Of a stretch of DNA of 64,000 nt, positions 1-13,719 are shown one piece after another. The position numbers and the translations under genes were made by a program. The notes beneath the pieces are model-generated. The model ran no database searches, had not been told where the DNA came from, and was given only the letters and a program-made list of their open reading frames with translations. Position 1 is the stretch's first letter; each line of letters starts with the position of its first letter. The stretch is from the NCBI RefSeq assembly GCF_006345805.1, contig NC_043009.1:4340001-4404000 (forward strand). The letters are read 5' to 3'. The DNA is from Octopus sinensis. Its lineage: Eukaryota.

Positions 1-1502
1 AATTATGGTATTTTGTAATATATTCTTAATCATTTTCTAATTAAGTTGTTTTCTGTTTTATGAGGTTATTATTATGACGTGTTCATCAGTTCTGCAACTA
101 GGGTACAAATGCTGTATCTAGTGTGTTACACTTGCTTTTTATTTTACTTCATAAAAGATATAAAATGATGTTAGTGGTATCATCTGTGCAGCAGTTAGTG
201 TTGAGGCAATGACAAGTTGATATATTCGAGAAAGAGTGTTGGGCACAAAATGGAATCCTAGGATACACACTAAGGTTGATGTAGTGTGGGTCAATCAGTT
301 CATAGTATGATGACGGGATCTGACAAGGGAGAGAAATCACTGTAGCATACATACAGATATATAGACACACATGAATATGCGTTTGGGCACACGGATAAAG
401 CCACTCACACACATACACACACACACATACACACACACACACACACACATGCGAGAGGTGATTTGTGCAAATCACGATATAAACACGAGGAGAAAAGGGG
501 AGAAAGCGAGAAAGAAAGAGACAAAGAAGGGAAGAGAGATAGGGAGAGAGTGAGAGAGATATTTTACGCTCGAAGCTGACTTTGAAGCATATTAAATTGT
601 GAGAGGAACAATCCGTGATTGGTAGTCTTGGTGATTAAAAGCAATCGGAAGTGCCTTCCCATTTAACATACATCGGGAGAGCGTTGCCGCCGCTGGAGCA
701 GAAAAAATTATTTTTAGAATAGTTTCCCTTAGTAAGTGGATTTCAGGCCAGCAAATGTGTTTTCTCCGTTTTAGAATTGAAGAAAATGGAGATTCCAGCA
801 AACTAGGAGAGTTATATTTATTTTTATTATTATTATTTTATCTATTTAATTATTTATTGGCAATGACCGAAAGAATCAGCTGCGTTTACCGAAGCGGAAG
901 GGCTTGAGGTATCCCAGACTGTCAGATACTTGGAAGCATCTTTCGCAGTACCAGATTAAGCGGATTACGGTCTTGAAGAAGTTACAGGGCTTGAGAAAAC
1001 AGTACCAGTTTGTAGGAATGGTTTAGTTTGTCCAATGTTTGAAGGTGGTGTTCTATGCCTGAAAGACTGTACATTATACAGTTGTGAATGAACGAGAGGG
1101 TTACCCTTAAATCCTTCAAATGGATGCGACTTGAAATGCTTTGGCGGGTGGATTCAGTCACTCGACTAGCTGTTTCTATTGGGATGGGTTAACATACCAG
1201 CGATAGTATAGACAAATTCAGGTACATCAATTTATTAATTGCTGGTGGGGACACAGTATTTCGTTTTGAAATCACAGTATACAACCAAGTATATTAAAGA
1301 GTTATAAGTCAATACTGTGTCTTACTTTGGTGTTAGCAGTGCGTTGTTTTTCTTTCTTTTCAATTTATCTCAACAGATTTTCTATAGATTTTAGAGCAAG
1401 CACTGGAATTTATGGTGTTTCGTATACGAATATGCATTCGTATACAAAACATAGTAACTTTCAGTCCTAGCTCTAAATTCCATAGAAAAATCTGTAGAGA
1501 TT

Positions 1503-1676
1503 GGTGCAGGGGCGGCTGTGTGGTTAGTAGCTTGCTTACCAACCACATGGTTCCGGGTTCAGTCCCACTGTGTGGCAAGTGTCTTCTACTATAGCTCGAC
1601 TAAAGGCGGTGCTTCAGCATGGCCACAGTCAAATGACTGAAACAAGTAAAAGAGGAAAGAGCAGAGTAAAAGAGAG
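1503..1676 (+). mobile_element. tRNA-derived SINE family A, internally deleted copy
   Basis: Head GGCGGCTGTGTGGTTAGTAGC...GGTTCAGTCCC (A/B-box-like) is joined directly to the tail TCGACTAAAGGCGGTGCT...GAAACAAGTAAAAGAG. The middle present in other copies is missing. Confidence 0.85.
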
Positions 1677-1849
1677 ATAATCTTTAAAATGGAGTATATC
1701 AAATACTACAAAACATAAAGTCTTTATTTATCAAAATCATTTCCCCCTCCCCCACCTAAGAGAATGTGCCATAATTACGAAACAGCTAAGATCAGCTTCA
1801 CTTGGGAAGGTCAGATAAACTCATGAGTCAAGAATTGCCAAACATTCAC

Positions 1850-2830
1850 ATGCTGTTTTTGTGAAAGAGTAAGCTTGCTGTCCGTCGATGTCGTGGCCAC
1901 GTTATTTCTGGCGAAGTTTTATCTGGTCAACTAACATGAAGTTCCATGCATTATTGGAGATTTGGGCATTGCGTTGTATAAGGATGGGCGTTGGACAGTT
2001 GCTAACAATTAGGATGATGGGTTTGAAGGTGATCAATTGGGTTTGAAGGTACTCGAGCAGGCAAAGAGTTGGCATAAGGCTGAAGATTGCTAAAACTTCG
2101 GCTTCTGGATTGCTAGCATCAATTTCAGTTGAGTTTGTGGCCGAGTGTGGTCAGCTGGTATGATTTTTTAAATATATTACTGAAGGTTTGGGCGTTGCAT
2201 TTCATGAGGATGGTTGTTGCCATATGACATTAAATTGAACAAGCAAATAGGTGCAGTGAGGATGATGACTAGTTAAACATTGTGTTTGGAGATGATCAAG
2301 GGTTAAGCCTCGGTTGAAGATGTGAGTAGGCAAATAGACTAGTTGGTATAGGGCTGAGATTGCTAAAACTTCGGCTGCAGGACTGGTAACATCAATTTCG
2401 GTTCGAAGAATATACGCAGCGATGAAATCAACGAGGTCGATATATCCAGAGAGTAGCAAAGTGAGTTAGATGTCCTCCATACAGAATAAGATATGGTAGA
2501 AGAGTTGATGTGTGTTAGAAGAGCAAGGAGAGCGGTAGAGGAACCAGGAGGTGTGATGCGCCTACTGTCTATCTATAGAAAGGGAGATGCGGTGGAGTGT
2601 TAGATATAAAGTGAAAGGCAGGAGTCTTGTAGGAATGATGGTGAATAGTCAGAGACAGAAACAGACAGTTCAAAGACGTTATGTCTGAGATACTCAAGAG
2701 ACAAAGTGTAAAAAAGACACACGGAGAGTGTAGTATGGTGGGTGGTAAGCTAGATGAGTGGTCGTTAGGTGAGTGGTGATTGATGGGCACAGTGGGAGTA
2801 AACGAGACAGGGGTTAGGGGCTTCTGATAA
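1850..2830 (-). mobile_element. Decayed non-LTR retrotransposon (CR1/L2/Jockey-group-like) AP-endonuclease remnant
   Basis: ORF 2202-2459(-) contains VDFIAA..TEIDVTSPAAEVLAISALYQLVYLPTHIFNRGLTLDH, resembling the EN motifs GDFN...LxQLVxxPTH...TLDL. An IYRP-like motif lies upstream in another frame. Many stops. Confidence 0.5.
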
Positions 2831-3774
2831 CAGTTATACACATTACACACGTATTCCCACACACAAATATATATTTGTATGAGTGTGTGTATATTTATAA
2901 TCATACACGTACACATGTGTGTGTGTACATATATATACATGTACAAACACACACACACACACACATATACATTTACACACATATATATATATATATATAT
3001 GTGTGTGTGTATACATATATACATGTACAAACACACACACACATATACATTTACACATACTTACATTTACACATACATATATACATATATATCTACATAC
3101 ACACACACACGCATGCACACACGTACAGACACGCGCACACGCATGCACGCAGAAGTGATATGTATGTGTACCTGCGTATACATACACGTACATAAATTTC
3201 TTTTTCGAGTGTTTATAATTTGAGAGTGTTTATACTGGCTTAAACAAACTGAGAAGGTTTCTATAATCTTAGAAGACCTACCCAGTTGTCGGTTTCTGAT
3301 CTAACTCTTCTTTCCCCGCAAGGAGACTAAAGCCATAGATGTACTTACAAACACACGTTTTCCTACGCACACGCACGCACAGACCATCAGTGTGGCTCGT
3401 ATGCTTCGAAGTTTCGCCTGCGTTGAATTCTCAGGTTTTTTTTAGTTTTTTTTTTTTTGTGTGCGACTAGTAAAGGCAAAAATTTCGAAACAAAAAAACT
3501 CACCATTTACAATAAATATTAATTTGAACCTACATATCTTTTGCCTTTTGTTCAATGTGCATGTCGACCGTACTCTGCTACACTGACGATCCAGTTCGGT
3601 TAGACATCCAAATACACTTGAAACATCCACTGCTGAGTTCCCAAAAAACTGCCATGGTGAAACGTATGTAGGAACAAACAAATTATACTTGTGTTCATCT
3701 AAACTTTCTCTCTCATATATATATATCCCACAGGACGCTAAACATAGAGCTAACAAACAAGAACAGACAGTGTG

Positions 3775-3827
3775 TAACTGGTACTTATTTAATCGACCCT
3801 GAAAGGATGAAAGGCAAAGTTGACCTC
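3775..3827 (-). mobile_element. SINE family B fragment
   Basis: AACTGGTACTTATTTAATCGACCCTGAAAGGATGAAAGGCAAAGTTGACCTC matches 35560-35611. Confidence 0.75.
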
Positions 3828-4147
3828 CACTTGACCTAATATAAATCCCCCAATTTTTATGGAACATCTCGAGCGTGGTTGTGGGTAGATTAATATCGAG
3901 TGATCCTAGTAATTCACAAGATGAGGACAAACTATAGAAATTGGGATGGAGAACTTAGAGTGATTGAATGTTATCAACCAACGCTATAGGTAGTGACTTA
4001 AAGAGTTTTGACTAACCTTCCTAACTCCAGCATCTCAGATATTGATGTACCCTTAATCCATAATAGCAATTTCCATCAATGGCGAGGATAGTTGGAAATT
4101 TTTCATTATCTTCTCGCGTAGCACAATATCATTATTTTTATCTTTTC

Positions 4148-4196
<49 letters not shown>

Positions 4197-5006
4197 TGTG
4201 AGGCGTGTGCATATACATATGTACATATAGATTTTGTTAGCATGTTGCAACTATTCATTTCTAGCAGGTCGAACGAACATTAACTTTAAGGCTTTTTTCG
4301 GACATCTGACACAGCAGTAGGTGTGCGGCGGATGACATTTCACGTGAGAAAATCGACTCTACTCTCATGTGTAAACTTTGTAATACTCCAGTGTCACCGT
4401 TTGTCATGTGGCTTTGGGAAACAAAATCAAGGATATCTCGATCCTTCCCAAACATAACTCTGACCTATGGCATCAACACAGCTAACACCCTGATTTGGGC
4501 TTTATTTAAAACATTTTTTTTCTTTCATTTATCTAAACGAACATTACTCTCCGCATACCACACACACACAACACTCTCTCTTTCTCCCTCTTTCTCTCTC
4601 TAGCTTTTTTTCCTTTTTATCTTTTTCTCTCCAATGCTGTTTGATATTTTAGGTTTGTATGTTAAATCCTCAAACATTGTCTCTCTCTCTTTCTCTCTCT
4701 CTGTCTCTCTCTTTCCCCTTCTCTCTCTTTCTCTCCCTGCAATTTTTCACACTTCCAAACGCTGTACCTTATCCATTCCACTTTCTGGCAGAATCTGTTT
4801 CACTGTTTGTGTTTGCATGTTTATGCTTATGTGTGTATGTACGCAGGAATGTATGTACCCCCCCCAACAAAAGCATACACAAACACACATATATACATAT
4901 ATACACACATATGCGCGAATACATATGCACATGTATACAAACACATATATACGTTTAGAGAGCACGGCTAAATATACACACACATGCAAACACACACACA
5001 CACATG

Positions 5007-5045
<39 letters not shown>

Positions 5046-5051
5046 TACTGC

Positions 5052-5397
5052 GGCACTCCGTCGTTTACGACGACGAGGATTCTAGTTGATCCGATCAACG
5101 GAAGAGCCTGCGCGTGGAATTAACGTGCAAGTGACTGAGTGCTCCACAGACACGTGTACCCTTAACGTAGTTCTCGGGGGAGATTCAGCGTGACACGGAG
5201 TGTGGCATGGCTGGCTCTTCGAAATACAGGTACAACAGAAACAGGAGGAAAGAGCAAAAGAAATTTGTGGGGAAAGAGTATACCAGGGTTCGCCACCACC
5301 CACTGTCGGAGACTCGGGGAGCTTTAAGCGTTTTCACTCAATAAACACTCACGACGCCCGGTCTGGGAATCCGTTGCCCTAACTACTGGGCCATTGC
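5052..5397 (-). mobile_element. tRNA-derived SINE family C (head type C1, B-box region deleted)
   Basis: Body matches 22280-22445. Head-proximal part matches 21662-21855. Confidence 0.85.
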
Positions 5398-5400
5398 TCG

Positions 5401-5436
<36 letters not shown>

Positions 5437-5553
5437 TGTCTTAGAAAGAACATTTCGGTCACCCATTCCCTTCTAGTCGTTTCAAAATGTAGCCATATAT
5501 AAAATCGTTGCCGATTTTCTTCCTCCGTCTTCCTTTCAATTGGACTTTCCTCT

Positions 5554-5589
5554 GTTTCCGAAGAAGAGCGTCTGCTCGAAACATTAAAC
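5554..5589 (+). ncRNA. Degenerate minimal type I hammerhead ribozyme motif (Penelope-type)
   Basis: gttt-CCGAAGA-A-GAGC(GTCT)GCTC-GAAA-CA-TT-aaac. One core change (U4C); a related copy sits at 57961. Confidence 0.5.
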
Positions 5590-6643
5590 CATCTTTCTTT
5601 CCTTCTCTGATCGTCTGCTAATACTTTACATGTACCACGTCCTTGCGTCGCTGTTTTTTTTTTTTGTGTTTGCTCTTCTTCTGTTTTTGGATTTACTATA
5701 TAATATATATATAATGTACAAGAGGAGACAGTCTATGTGCGAAATAACACTCCACACTTTCTTTGCATTCATAATCCGATCATATGATAGTTCGGTGAAC
5801 CTAAATGATTCTTTTGTTCTTGATTTGCTTTTCCCGATTTCGTCTTCGTCGGTTCCATGTTTTTCGTTCTCTTTATTTTCTCTTACATCATACTTCGGTT
5901 CCTCCTGACTTCTTCTCTTCCTCCTCCTCCTCCTCTTCCTCTTCATCCACATCCCTACGACTACTACTGCTACTACTTCAACCACCCAAAGTCACTATCA
6001 CGACCACCACTACGAGGACCAACTGAAATTAAAAAAAAAAAACACTGCAACCCCCAGCACCACCACCACCATTCTCTACTACTACTACTACTGCTACTAC
6101 TACTACTACTACTACAACTACTGCTGCTGCTGCTACTACTACTGCTACTACTAGTTTCGCCGACTCTACCATCTTCTACTTCATTATCATCAATGTTGTC
6201 ATGGTTTGACACAACCAGCGCCATAGTTTTTAAAGTCGGCGTCGCTGTCGCCGCACAGCCATCTTTCTCATCTTCATCTGCCACCACCACCACCACCAGC
6301 ACCACCATCACCATCATTATCATCACCGTCATCGTCGTTCGTCGCAGTCGTTGTCATCGATCATTTTCACCGTCCTCGTAGTCGTTCCATTTGTTGCTGC
6401 TGCTGTTCGTTCTTTTTTCTTTTTTTTTTTTTTTTTTTTTTTTCTTTTTTTTCTTTTGATTTCTTTTGCGGTTGAAGAATCTGAAGAAGTTAAGAAGAAA
6501 ACGTTGAGCGTCTTCAGCCAAACATAGCGAAAAGAAAGGCAGGTCTTTTGCACACACGAATCAAAAGTGCTATATTTAAATGACGAATCAAATGAGACGA
6601 GAAATAATGTCAATGAGTTTACAATAATCATTTCAACATATTC

Positions 6644-6683
<40 letters not shown>

Positions 6684-6684
<1 letters not shown>

Positions 6685-6849
6685 GCGGGGCTGTGTGGTA
6701 AGAAGCTTCCCAACAACCACATGGTTCCGGGTTCAATCCCACTGCATGGCACCTTGGTCATGTATCTACCACTATAGCCCCGGGTCCCTCAAAGCCTTGT
6801 GAGTGGATTTGGTAGATGGAAACTGAAAGAAACCCGTCGTGCATATATG

Positions 6850-6882
<33 letters not shown>

Positions 6883-7073
6883 TTGTCCCCCCACCATCGC
6901 TTGATGACCGATGTTGGTTTGTTCCCATTCCCGTAACTTAGCGGTTCGGCAAAAAAGAACGATTGAATAATTACGAGGCTTACAAAAGAACAAACCTTGG
7001 GGGTCGATTTCTTCGACTAAAGGTGGTGCTCCAGCATGGCTGCTGTCAATTGACTGAAACAAATAAAAGAAAA
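6684..7073 (+). mobile_element. SINE family A, near full length
   Basis: A-box/B-box head (GGTTCAATCCC), internal (TA)/(TG) microsatellite, common 3' tail. Confidence 0.9.
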
Positions 7074-7130
7074 TATATGGGTGCGTGTGTGTGTGTTTAT
7101 TAATTTTATGTATTCTATACACACACACAC

Positions 7131-7185
<55 letters not shown>

Positions 7186-7557
7186 CCACTGCTAGTTTTA
7201 CATTCTAATAGCATCGAATTTGTATTATCAAGTTTTATAACATTTTGTCAGGCATCACGACCTCTATATACTGTACAACTATTCCGACATTCCGCTATTC
7301 CACTACATTTCATGCTGTGGAATAATAGTGTTTGTGACCAGAACGAAAGATTTTGATACTTAATAATATATAATACGGTGGTGTATTTGTCAAACCAAGC
7401 TGATCGTTCGTCCTGTTTGATGTTTCCTGTATAATGATCGTTTGATGCCAAAATACACCGAAGTGTCTGTAATAAGACACATATGGTACATACATACATA
7501 CACATACAAACATGTACAAAGAAATACATATATGAACGTATATATGATGTATGTGTG

Positions 7558-7603
<46 letters not shown>

Positions 7604-7893
7604 TAGATAGATAGATGTGAATAGGTGAAATTTATATATATATAACTAAATGATTTGAAACTAAATACTTCTTAATATTATAGCGTATTTAAACAATACT
7701 GGATATCATGATATATAGAGCGGCTTCAGTGGCTACAATAATTGTAGCGCGATGTGCTTGTGTCTGTTTTCCGAATACCATTTACGATTATGTTACACAC
7801 ACATATATACGCACACACACACAGATAGGCACACGCACACATACACACATGCACCAGCACACACTAAGCTGGGTAGCTAGTAAGGTACATTTG

Positions 7894-8232
7894 TCTTTTA
7901 CTTGTTTCAGTCATTAGACTAAGGCCATGCTGGGGCACCGCCTTGAAGAATATTAGTCGAACGAATAGTTTCCAGCACATATTCTTTTTTAAGCCTGGTA
8001 CTTATTTTATTGGTGTCTTTTGCCGCACTGATAGGGTTAAGGCGACGCAAGCACCCCTACACTGGTCATCAAGTAATGATGGGGACAAACACAAGCGCGC
8101 GAGCGCGCATGCACACACACTACTATAGCCCAAGGCTATTGCACAAAGAGCTTCCCAAGGTACTGCACAATGGGGCCGAACCCGAAATCATGTGGTTGAG
8201 AAGAAAACTTGTAACTACACAGCCACATCTAT
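7894..8232 (-). mobile_element. SINE family A, diverged copy
   Basis: Reverse-complement of tail (TTTTACTTGTTTCAGTCATT) and head (GAACCCGAAATCATGTGGTTG...CACAGCCAC). Confidence 0.8.
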
Positions 8233-9594
8233 TTCTAATCATAAACTTATATATGTATATATATATATATATATAATCAAGTATACCTACACCACACCAA
8301 GAAACAACCACAACGGTTTAAATTATAGTTGCCGCTTGCATATCTAGAGGACCCTACCAACGTTAGATGGCCTCAATATTGTTTGCCTAACTCTGAGCTC
8401 TAAGTTATCGTACATCGCCATTTCTGGCGTCCTACGTGTTGATGTGCCTAGATTTTAATGGATTCTGATCGATCTTAATCACACCGGAGAAACTACTGCA
8501 CAGTCTCCACAGACAAAATTTTCCTCGGAGCCATTGCTTAACACGTTAGTCCGAAGTTCAGCAGTGGATAGTGACATCGAACACAGAAACAAAAACCGTG
8601 AATCGACTTTCTTAATTATGTAACCAAGAATGCGCCCATATACACATAAGTCTGTATATGTATTGGCGGTCTGTAAAATTCGTTAATCAAGGCAAACATA
8701 TACATAGAGTTTTATGGAATATCACTCAATATACATACGTACATACTTACATACATGCAAACGCGTAAACCTTCCAGATCTTTACCCATCTCTAATGTTC
8801 TGTGCGCTTTAATTATCTCCTGGAAATCGCCACATTTCACATGAACTCAGCTAAATAATAATGAAGCAAGAATTTTTCCATAAAATTCAATGATATTGAA
8901 CTGTTTGCATCGATTAACCTATTTATTGATTTCTGGTCGATACCCGTATCTCATTAAATAGATTTTCAAACCTTCTTTACTGTTGTGTCGCAGCATCAAA
9001 TACAATCACTTGGTATTTCACGCACCCCACATTCGCTATATATCTTTTTTCCCCTCTTTCATCAATCAGTTTATCAGTCACTCAATCAAGCTATCTATCT
9101 TTATGCACATACACACATACATATATACTTACATATACATGTGTGTGTGTTTGTGTCTATATATATATATATATAGACACAAACGTACATACATACATAC
9201 ATACATACATATATACATACATATATATATAGACATATATATATATATATATATATATATGTATAATTATATATATATCACGTGCGTAAATCTGTCATCT
9301 CTGTATATGTGTGGAGAACAATTTTGGCTTTTGCCGTTTGCATGTGTAAATGAGGGAGCGAGAAGGAGAGACAGACAGACAGACAGAAAGAGCATATATA
9401 AAATATATGCATGCATATAGACACCAAAAGAAGTTTCTATGACAATTTCTGTTTTGTGTTGTTTTTGTTCTGTCTTTTTTTTTCTTTTCTTTTCCTTTTT
9501 TTTATTTTTCAGTTTTGCTTAATGATAAATATTAATGATTGCTAACATAAACATTATACAGAAAATTTAGAGCAAGGGGGCTAATCAGCTGCAA

Positions 9595-9745
9595 GCGACC
9601 CTAGTACTTGACTGCTACTTTATTTTATCGAGCCCCGGAAGGATGAAAGGTAAAGTTCACCTAGGCAGGATTTGAACTCCAAACGTAAAGTGCCGGGACA
9701 AATACCGCAAGGCATTTTTCCGACGCTCTAACGACTCTGTCAATC
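9595..9745 (-). mobile_element. SINE family B, diverged
   Basis: GGAAGGATGAAAGGTAAAGTTCACCTAGGCAGGATTTGAACTC similarity to other B copies. Confidence 0.7.
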
Positions 9746-9788
9746 CTTAATATAAGAAGAGAAAGTATTTAGTAGAGAATGCACCAAT

Positions 9789-9791
9789 ATA

Positions 9792-9848
<57 letters not shown>

Positions 9849-10042
9849 ATATATATATATGTGTGTGTGTGTATATATATATATGTGTGTGTGTGTATAT
9901 ATTATATATATTGTGTGTGTGTGTTATATATATATATGTGTGTGTGTGTGTATATATATATATAGTGTGTGTGTGTGTATATATATATATGTGTGTGTGG
10001 TGTGTATATATATATATGTGTGTGTGTGTGTATATATATATA

Positions 10043-10073
<31 letters not shown>

Positions 10074-10098
10074 GTGTTGTGTGTGTATATATATATAT

Positions 10099-10146
<48 letters not shown>

Positions 10147-10171
10147 GAGAGAGAGAGAGAGAGAGAGAGAT
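9789..10171. repeat. Compound (TA)n(TG)n microsatellite array followed by (GA)n
   Basis: Alternating TA and TG blocks directly visible. Confidence 0.95.
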
Positions 10172-10809
10172 AGAAAGGGAGGAATAGGAAGACGGAAAGA
10201 ACAACAGAATGAACGAACCAATTATATAAGTATGTGCGTGGATGAGGAGGGCTGTAAATTTTATGCCCTGGGGCCATTTTAGTGGGACTTACTCATCATC
10301 AATTAAGCTTTAATTAACTAAAAATGTGACTTCTTAGACTGTCTTCTCGTTATGACGTGTATCAGCTGCTGGCAAAGTGGATGTCGTGTGTTTGTGTGTG
10401 CATGTGTGTTGCCTTTGTGTTTGAGCATGTGTTTATGTGTGTTTGTGTATGGTCTGTGTTCGTGTAATTGCGATTGTGTGTATATACCTGATGTGCTTTG
10501 GCGTTGCTTGATTGTATGTATGCGTGTGTGTATGCTCGAACGTGTCTCTCTTCTAGCTTTCTCTCCCTTTCTTTCTTTCCTTCTTTCTTTGTGTCTTTCT
10601 CTTTATCTCTTACCCTTTGAACATAGAATGTGTGCAATGGCGATTAGGGGTGAAAAAATGGAAGCGTTTGGCCCTTGTCATACGACGACTACAAGCTTAG
10701 CCAAATGTAAAACGAGGGGTGTGGTGTCACCTGCGCGAGTGAAATACGAGACAAGTCACACACCTACACAATGTGACACAAGTAAGATTGGGTAGTAATG
10801 GGCCTGAGT

Positions 10810-11111
10810 GGTAGTGGGCGCGGCGGTGGCGGCAGTGGCGGCGGTGGCAGAGGTGGCGGAGGTGGTGGTGGTGGTGATGCCAGCAATGATTGTTTGCAGT
10901 AATGAATTTGGTTGCTGGTTATATTTGTGATATTAAGTTTAATATTAGTGGTGTTGGTGTTGGTGTTGGTGGCAGTGGTGTAAGAGATAATGGTGGGATT
11001 AGTAGTGGTAGTAGTAGTAGTAGTGGTGGTGGTGGTGTAGATTTTGGTGGCAGTGGTGTGATAATGGTGGAATTAGTAATGGTAGTAAGGTGATAGTAGT
11101 AGTAGTAGTGA

Positions 11112-11152
<41 letters not shown>

Positions 11153-11241
11153 ATAGTAGTAGTAGTAGTAGTAGTGGTGGTGATAGTAGTAGTAGTAGTG
11201 ATAGTAGTAGTAGTAGTGTAGTAGTAGTAGTAGTAGTAGTT
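10810..11241. repeat. (GGC/GGT)n and (TAG)n trinucleotide repeats
   Basis: Directly visible. Confidence 0.9.
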
Positions 11242-11469
11242 TTTGTTGTTATTGATGGACGTGAAGTCTTGTTGTTAGGTCTTTTGGTGTTCGTAGTTTT
11301 AGTGATGAATATGGTGGAGTCGTTCATCGCGAACGTGCTGGTGGTGGTGGTGGTGCTGTTGGTGATGATACTAATGGTGACGCTGAGACTGGTTTGATCT
11401 CATTGGAGACAATAACCTCTTATTAGTGCGTGGTAAGGTGTGTAAAAGGTGAACGGGGGAAAAAAACAG

Positions 11470-11840
11470 CAGCGTGCCGGATTAAATGCCTCCCAGTAGT
11501 TGGTTATTTCCCTTTATGTTCTGAATTCAAAATCCCGCCGGCTTTAAGTTTGTCTTTCATCTTTCCAAAATCGATATAAATAAGTATCAGTGAAGATCAA
11601 GCTTCGAATAAATCGATTGGCCTCTCCTGAAAATCTGTGGCTTACCGCCAAATAAAGAAATCAAGGGCGGTGGATTGGCAGAATCACGTTATACAGCGTC
11701 GGACTATATGGACTACGGGGTTTCTTCCGGCTGTTTACGTTCTGATTTCAAATCCCACCAAGATCAACTATCTTTCGTGGTTTCGGAGTCAATAAAATAA
11801 AGTACCTGTCAAGCACTGAAGCCGAGGTTATTGACTAAAG
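11470..11840 (+). mobile_element. Two adjacent old SINE family B copies
   Basis: Two GTTCTGA(A/T)TTCAAA(A)TCCC B-box-like segments, each followed by a (G/C)GAT/AATAAA..AAGTA(C/T)C-like motif. Confidence 0.6.
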
Positions 11841-11938
11841 CAAAACATCAGACCTGCATTAGAAACACTGGTTAGTAGTGAGATTTTTAGCATAGACACA
11901 AGGCCGTCAATCTTGAGAAGGCTGTAGAGGGAAGTCTA

Positions 11939-12065
11939 CAAGATGTCCACAAAATCTGGGTACATGGAGTAAATAAAATCATAACATAAAGAATTGAATA
12001 TAAGAAATAATAATTTCTTAAAGTATGTGTTAATTCCCATGTACCCAGACTTTTTGGACACCCTG
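11939..12065. mobile_element. Tc1/mariner-type MITE (127 bp)
   Basis: TIRs CAAGATGTCCACAAAATCTGGGTACATGG and CCATGTACCCAGACTTTTTGGACACCCTG, flanked by TA at 11937-38 and 12066-67. Confidence 0.85.
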
Positions 12066-12578
12066 TATTATACTGAAGTGTGTGACTGGTACTTTGCTTC
12101 ATCGATATCGATACTGAAATTAAAACTGATCTCTGGTGAATTTGAACTGAAAATGATTGCGTCAGGTAGTAACTGAATTCAATGAGCAACGTTATCCAAA
12201 GTTATTGGCAGAATGAGTGGAGCAATGGACGAAGTACATTGATATTTTTCTTTTGGCCATTAACATCACGAGTTCGTATCTTTGTAGTGATCAGTTTTAT
12301 ATTTTCATTTTTTTTTTCTGTATCAATAAAATAAAGTGCCATTCATATATTGGGGATGAAGGGACTCGATTATTCGCCACCTACTTAAAGTCTGATCTTG
12401 TTTACATGTAAGAAATTATTTATATCATTGGATGGTAATCTAAAATATGCCTACATTGGTTATATGACTTTACAAAAGATATAAAAAAAAAAGAAAAAGA
12501 AAATCTAGGAGAGAGAACCATTTTAAAACATTTTGATGCTTCAGAAGAATCCATACCACCGAAGTATATTAAGTGGTT

Positions 12579-12700
12579 CCCTTGGGCAAGTGTTTTCTAC
12601 TATAGCCTCGGGCCAACCAAAGTCTTGTGAGCCGACCAAAGCCTTGGTTGAGAGAAGTGAAAGAGCCTGTCGTATATATGTATATATATATATATATATA

Positions 12701-12743
<43 letters not shown>

Positions 12744-12955
12744 ATATGTTTGTGTGCCTGTGGTTGTCCCCCAACATCGCTTGACAAGCGATGGTCGTGT
12801 GTTTACGTCCCGTAAGCTAGCAGTTCGGTAAAGAGACCGATAGAATAAGTACTAGGCTTACAAATAATAAGTACTGGGGTCGATTTGCTCGACTAAAGGC
12901 GGTGCTCCAGTATGGCCGCAGTCAATTTACTGAAACAAGTAAGAGTAAAGTGAGA
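12579..12955 (+). mobile_element. SINE family A, 5'-truncated
   Basis: Starts at CCTTGGGCAAGTG; small internal tandem duplication of GCC(A/G)ACCAAAG; full tail. Confidence 0.9.
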
Positions 12956-13005
12956 GTGAGTAATATATATATATAATATATATAATAGATATATATATAT
13001 TATAA

Positions 13006-13046
<41 letters not shown>

Positions 13047-13679
13047 GTGTGTGATATCTCCATTTTAACTCCATTTAAATATCCACTATTTTGGTGTTAT
13101 AAATGAATTCCCCAACATTGGAAGCATTTAATGGCAAATAATAATAATAATAATAATGGTGATGTGGCTAGTACTAAGGATTTCTCACATAGGCTCAAGG
13201 CTTAGAATTTGTGGCGTCGACTACATTCCTAAATCCGAATTTTTGTGTCAACGTAGGAAATTATTATCATAATGACGAAGATACGCTCATCCTTCCGGTG
13301 GTGGATATATAAGTACCAGCTAAGTACTGAGGCCAGTGAAATTGCTTACATACCTACCCACTCTCCTACATTACTTCGTCTTTTTGTAGCTCCGAGTCTC
13401 TCTTCCAGAAATTGTGCGGACTTTTTTTTTTTTGCCCATCTTATCAGTTGTCTTTATACGGATGAAGAAAGAACACAAGAATGTGATGATGATGATGATG
13501 ATGATGATAATGACGGTGATGATGATGATGATGATATTTTTGATAACGATGATGGGTACGACGCCAATCATGAGGATGATGATAATGATGATGACGACGA
13601 TGTATGCTGGTCGCTATATTTAAAGTTCGGAATATCGGAGTGACGCTGTCAATTTATTTATTTATTTGGTTATTTTTGA

Positions 13680-13719
<40 letters not shown>

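Noticed and set aside
870-1330. Complex sequence possibly continuing the LINE remnant
   Set aside because: Hand translation gave no recognisable motif.
3583-3630. CTGACGA...GAAACATC hammerhead look-alike
   Set aside because: No convincing stem II or stem I pairing.
5857-6381. ORF with poly-P/H/L/T runs
   Set aside because: Trinucleotide microsatellites leave several frames open on both strands.
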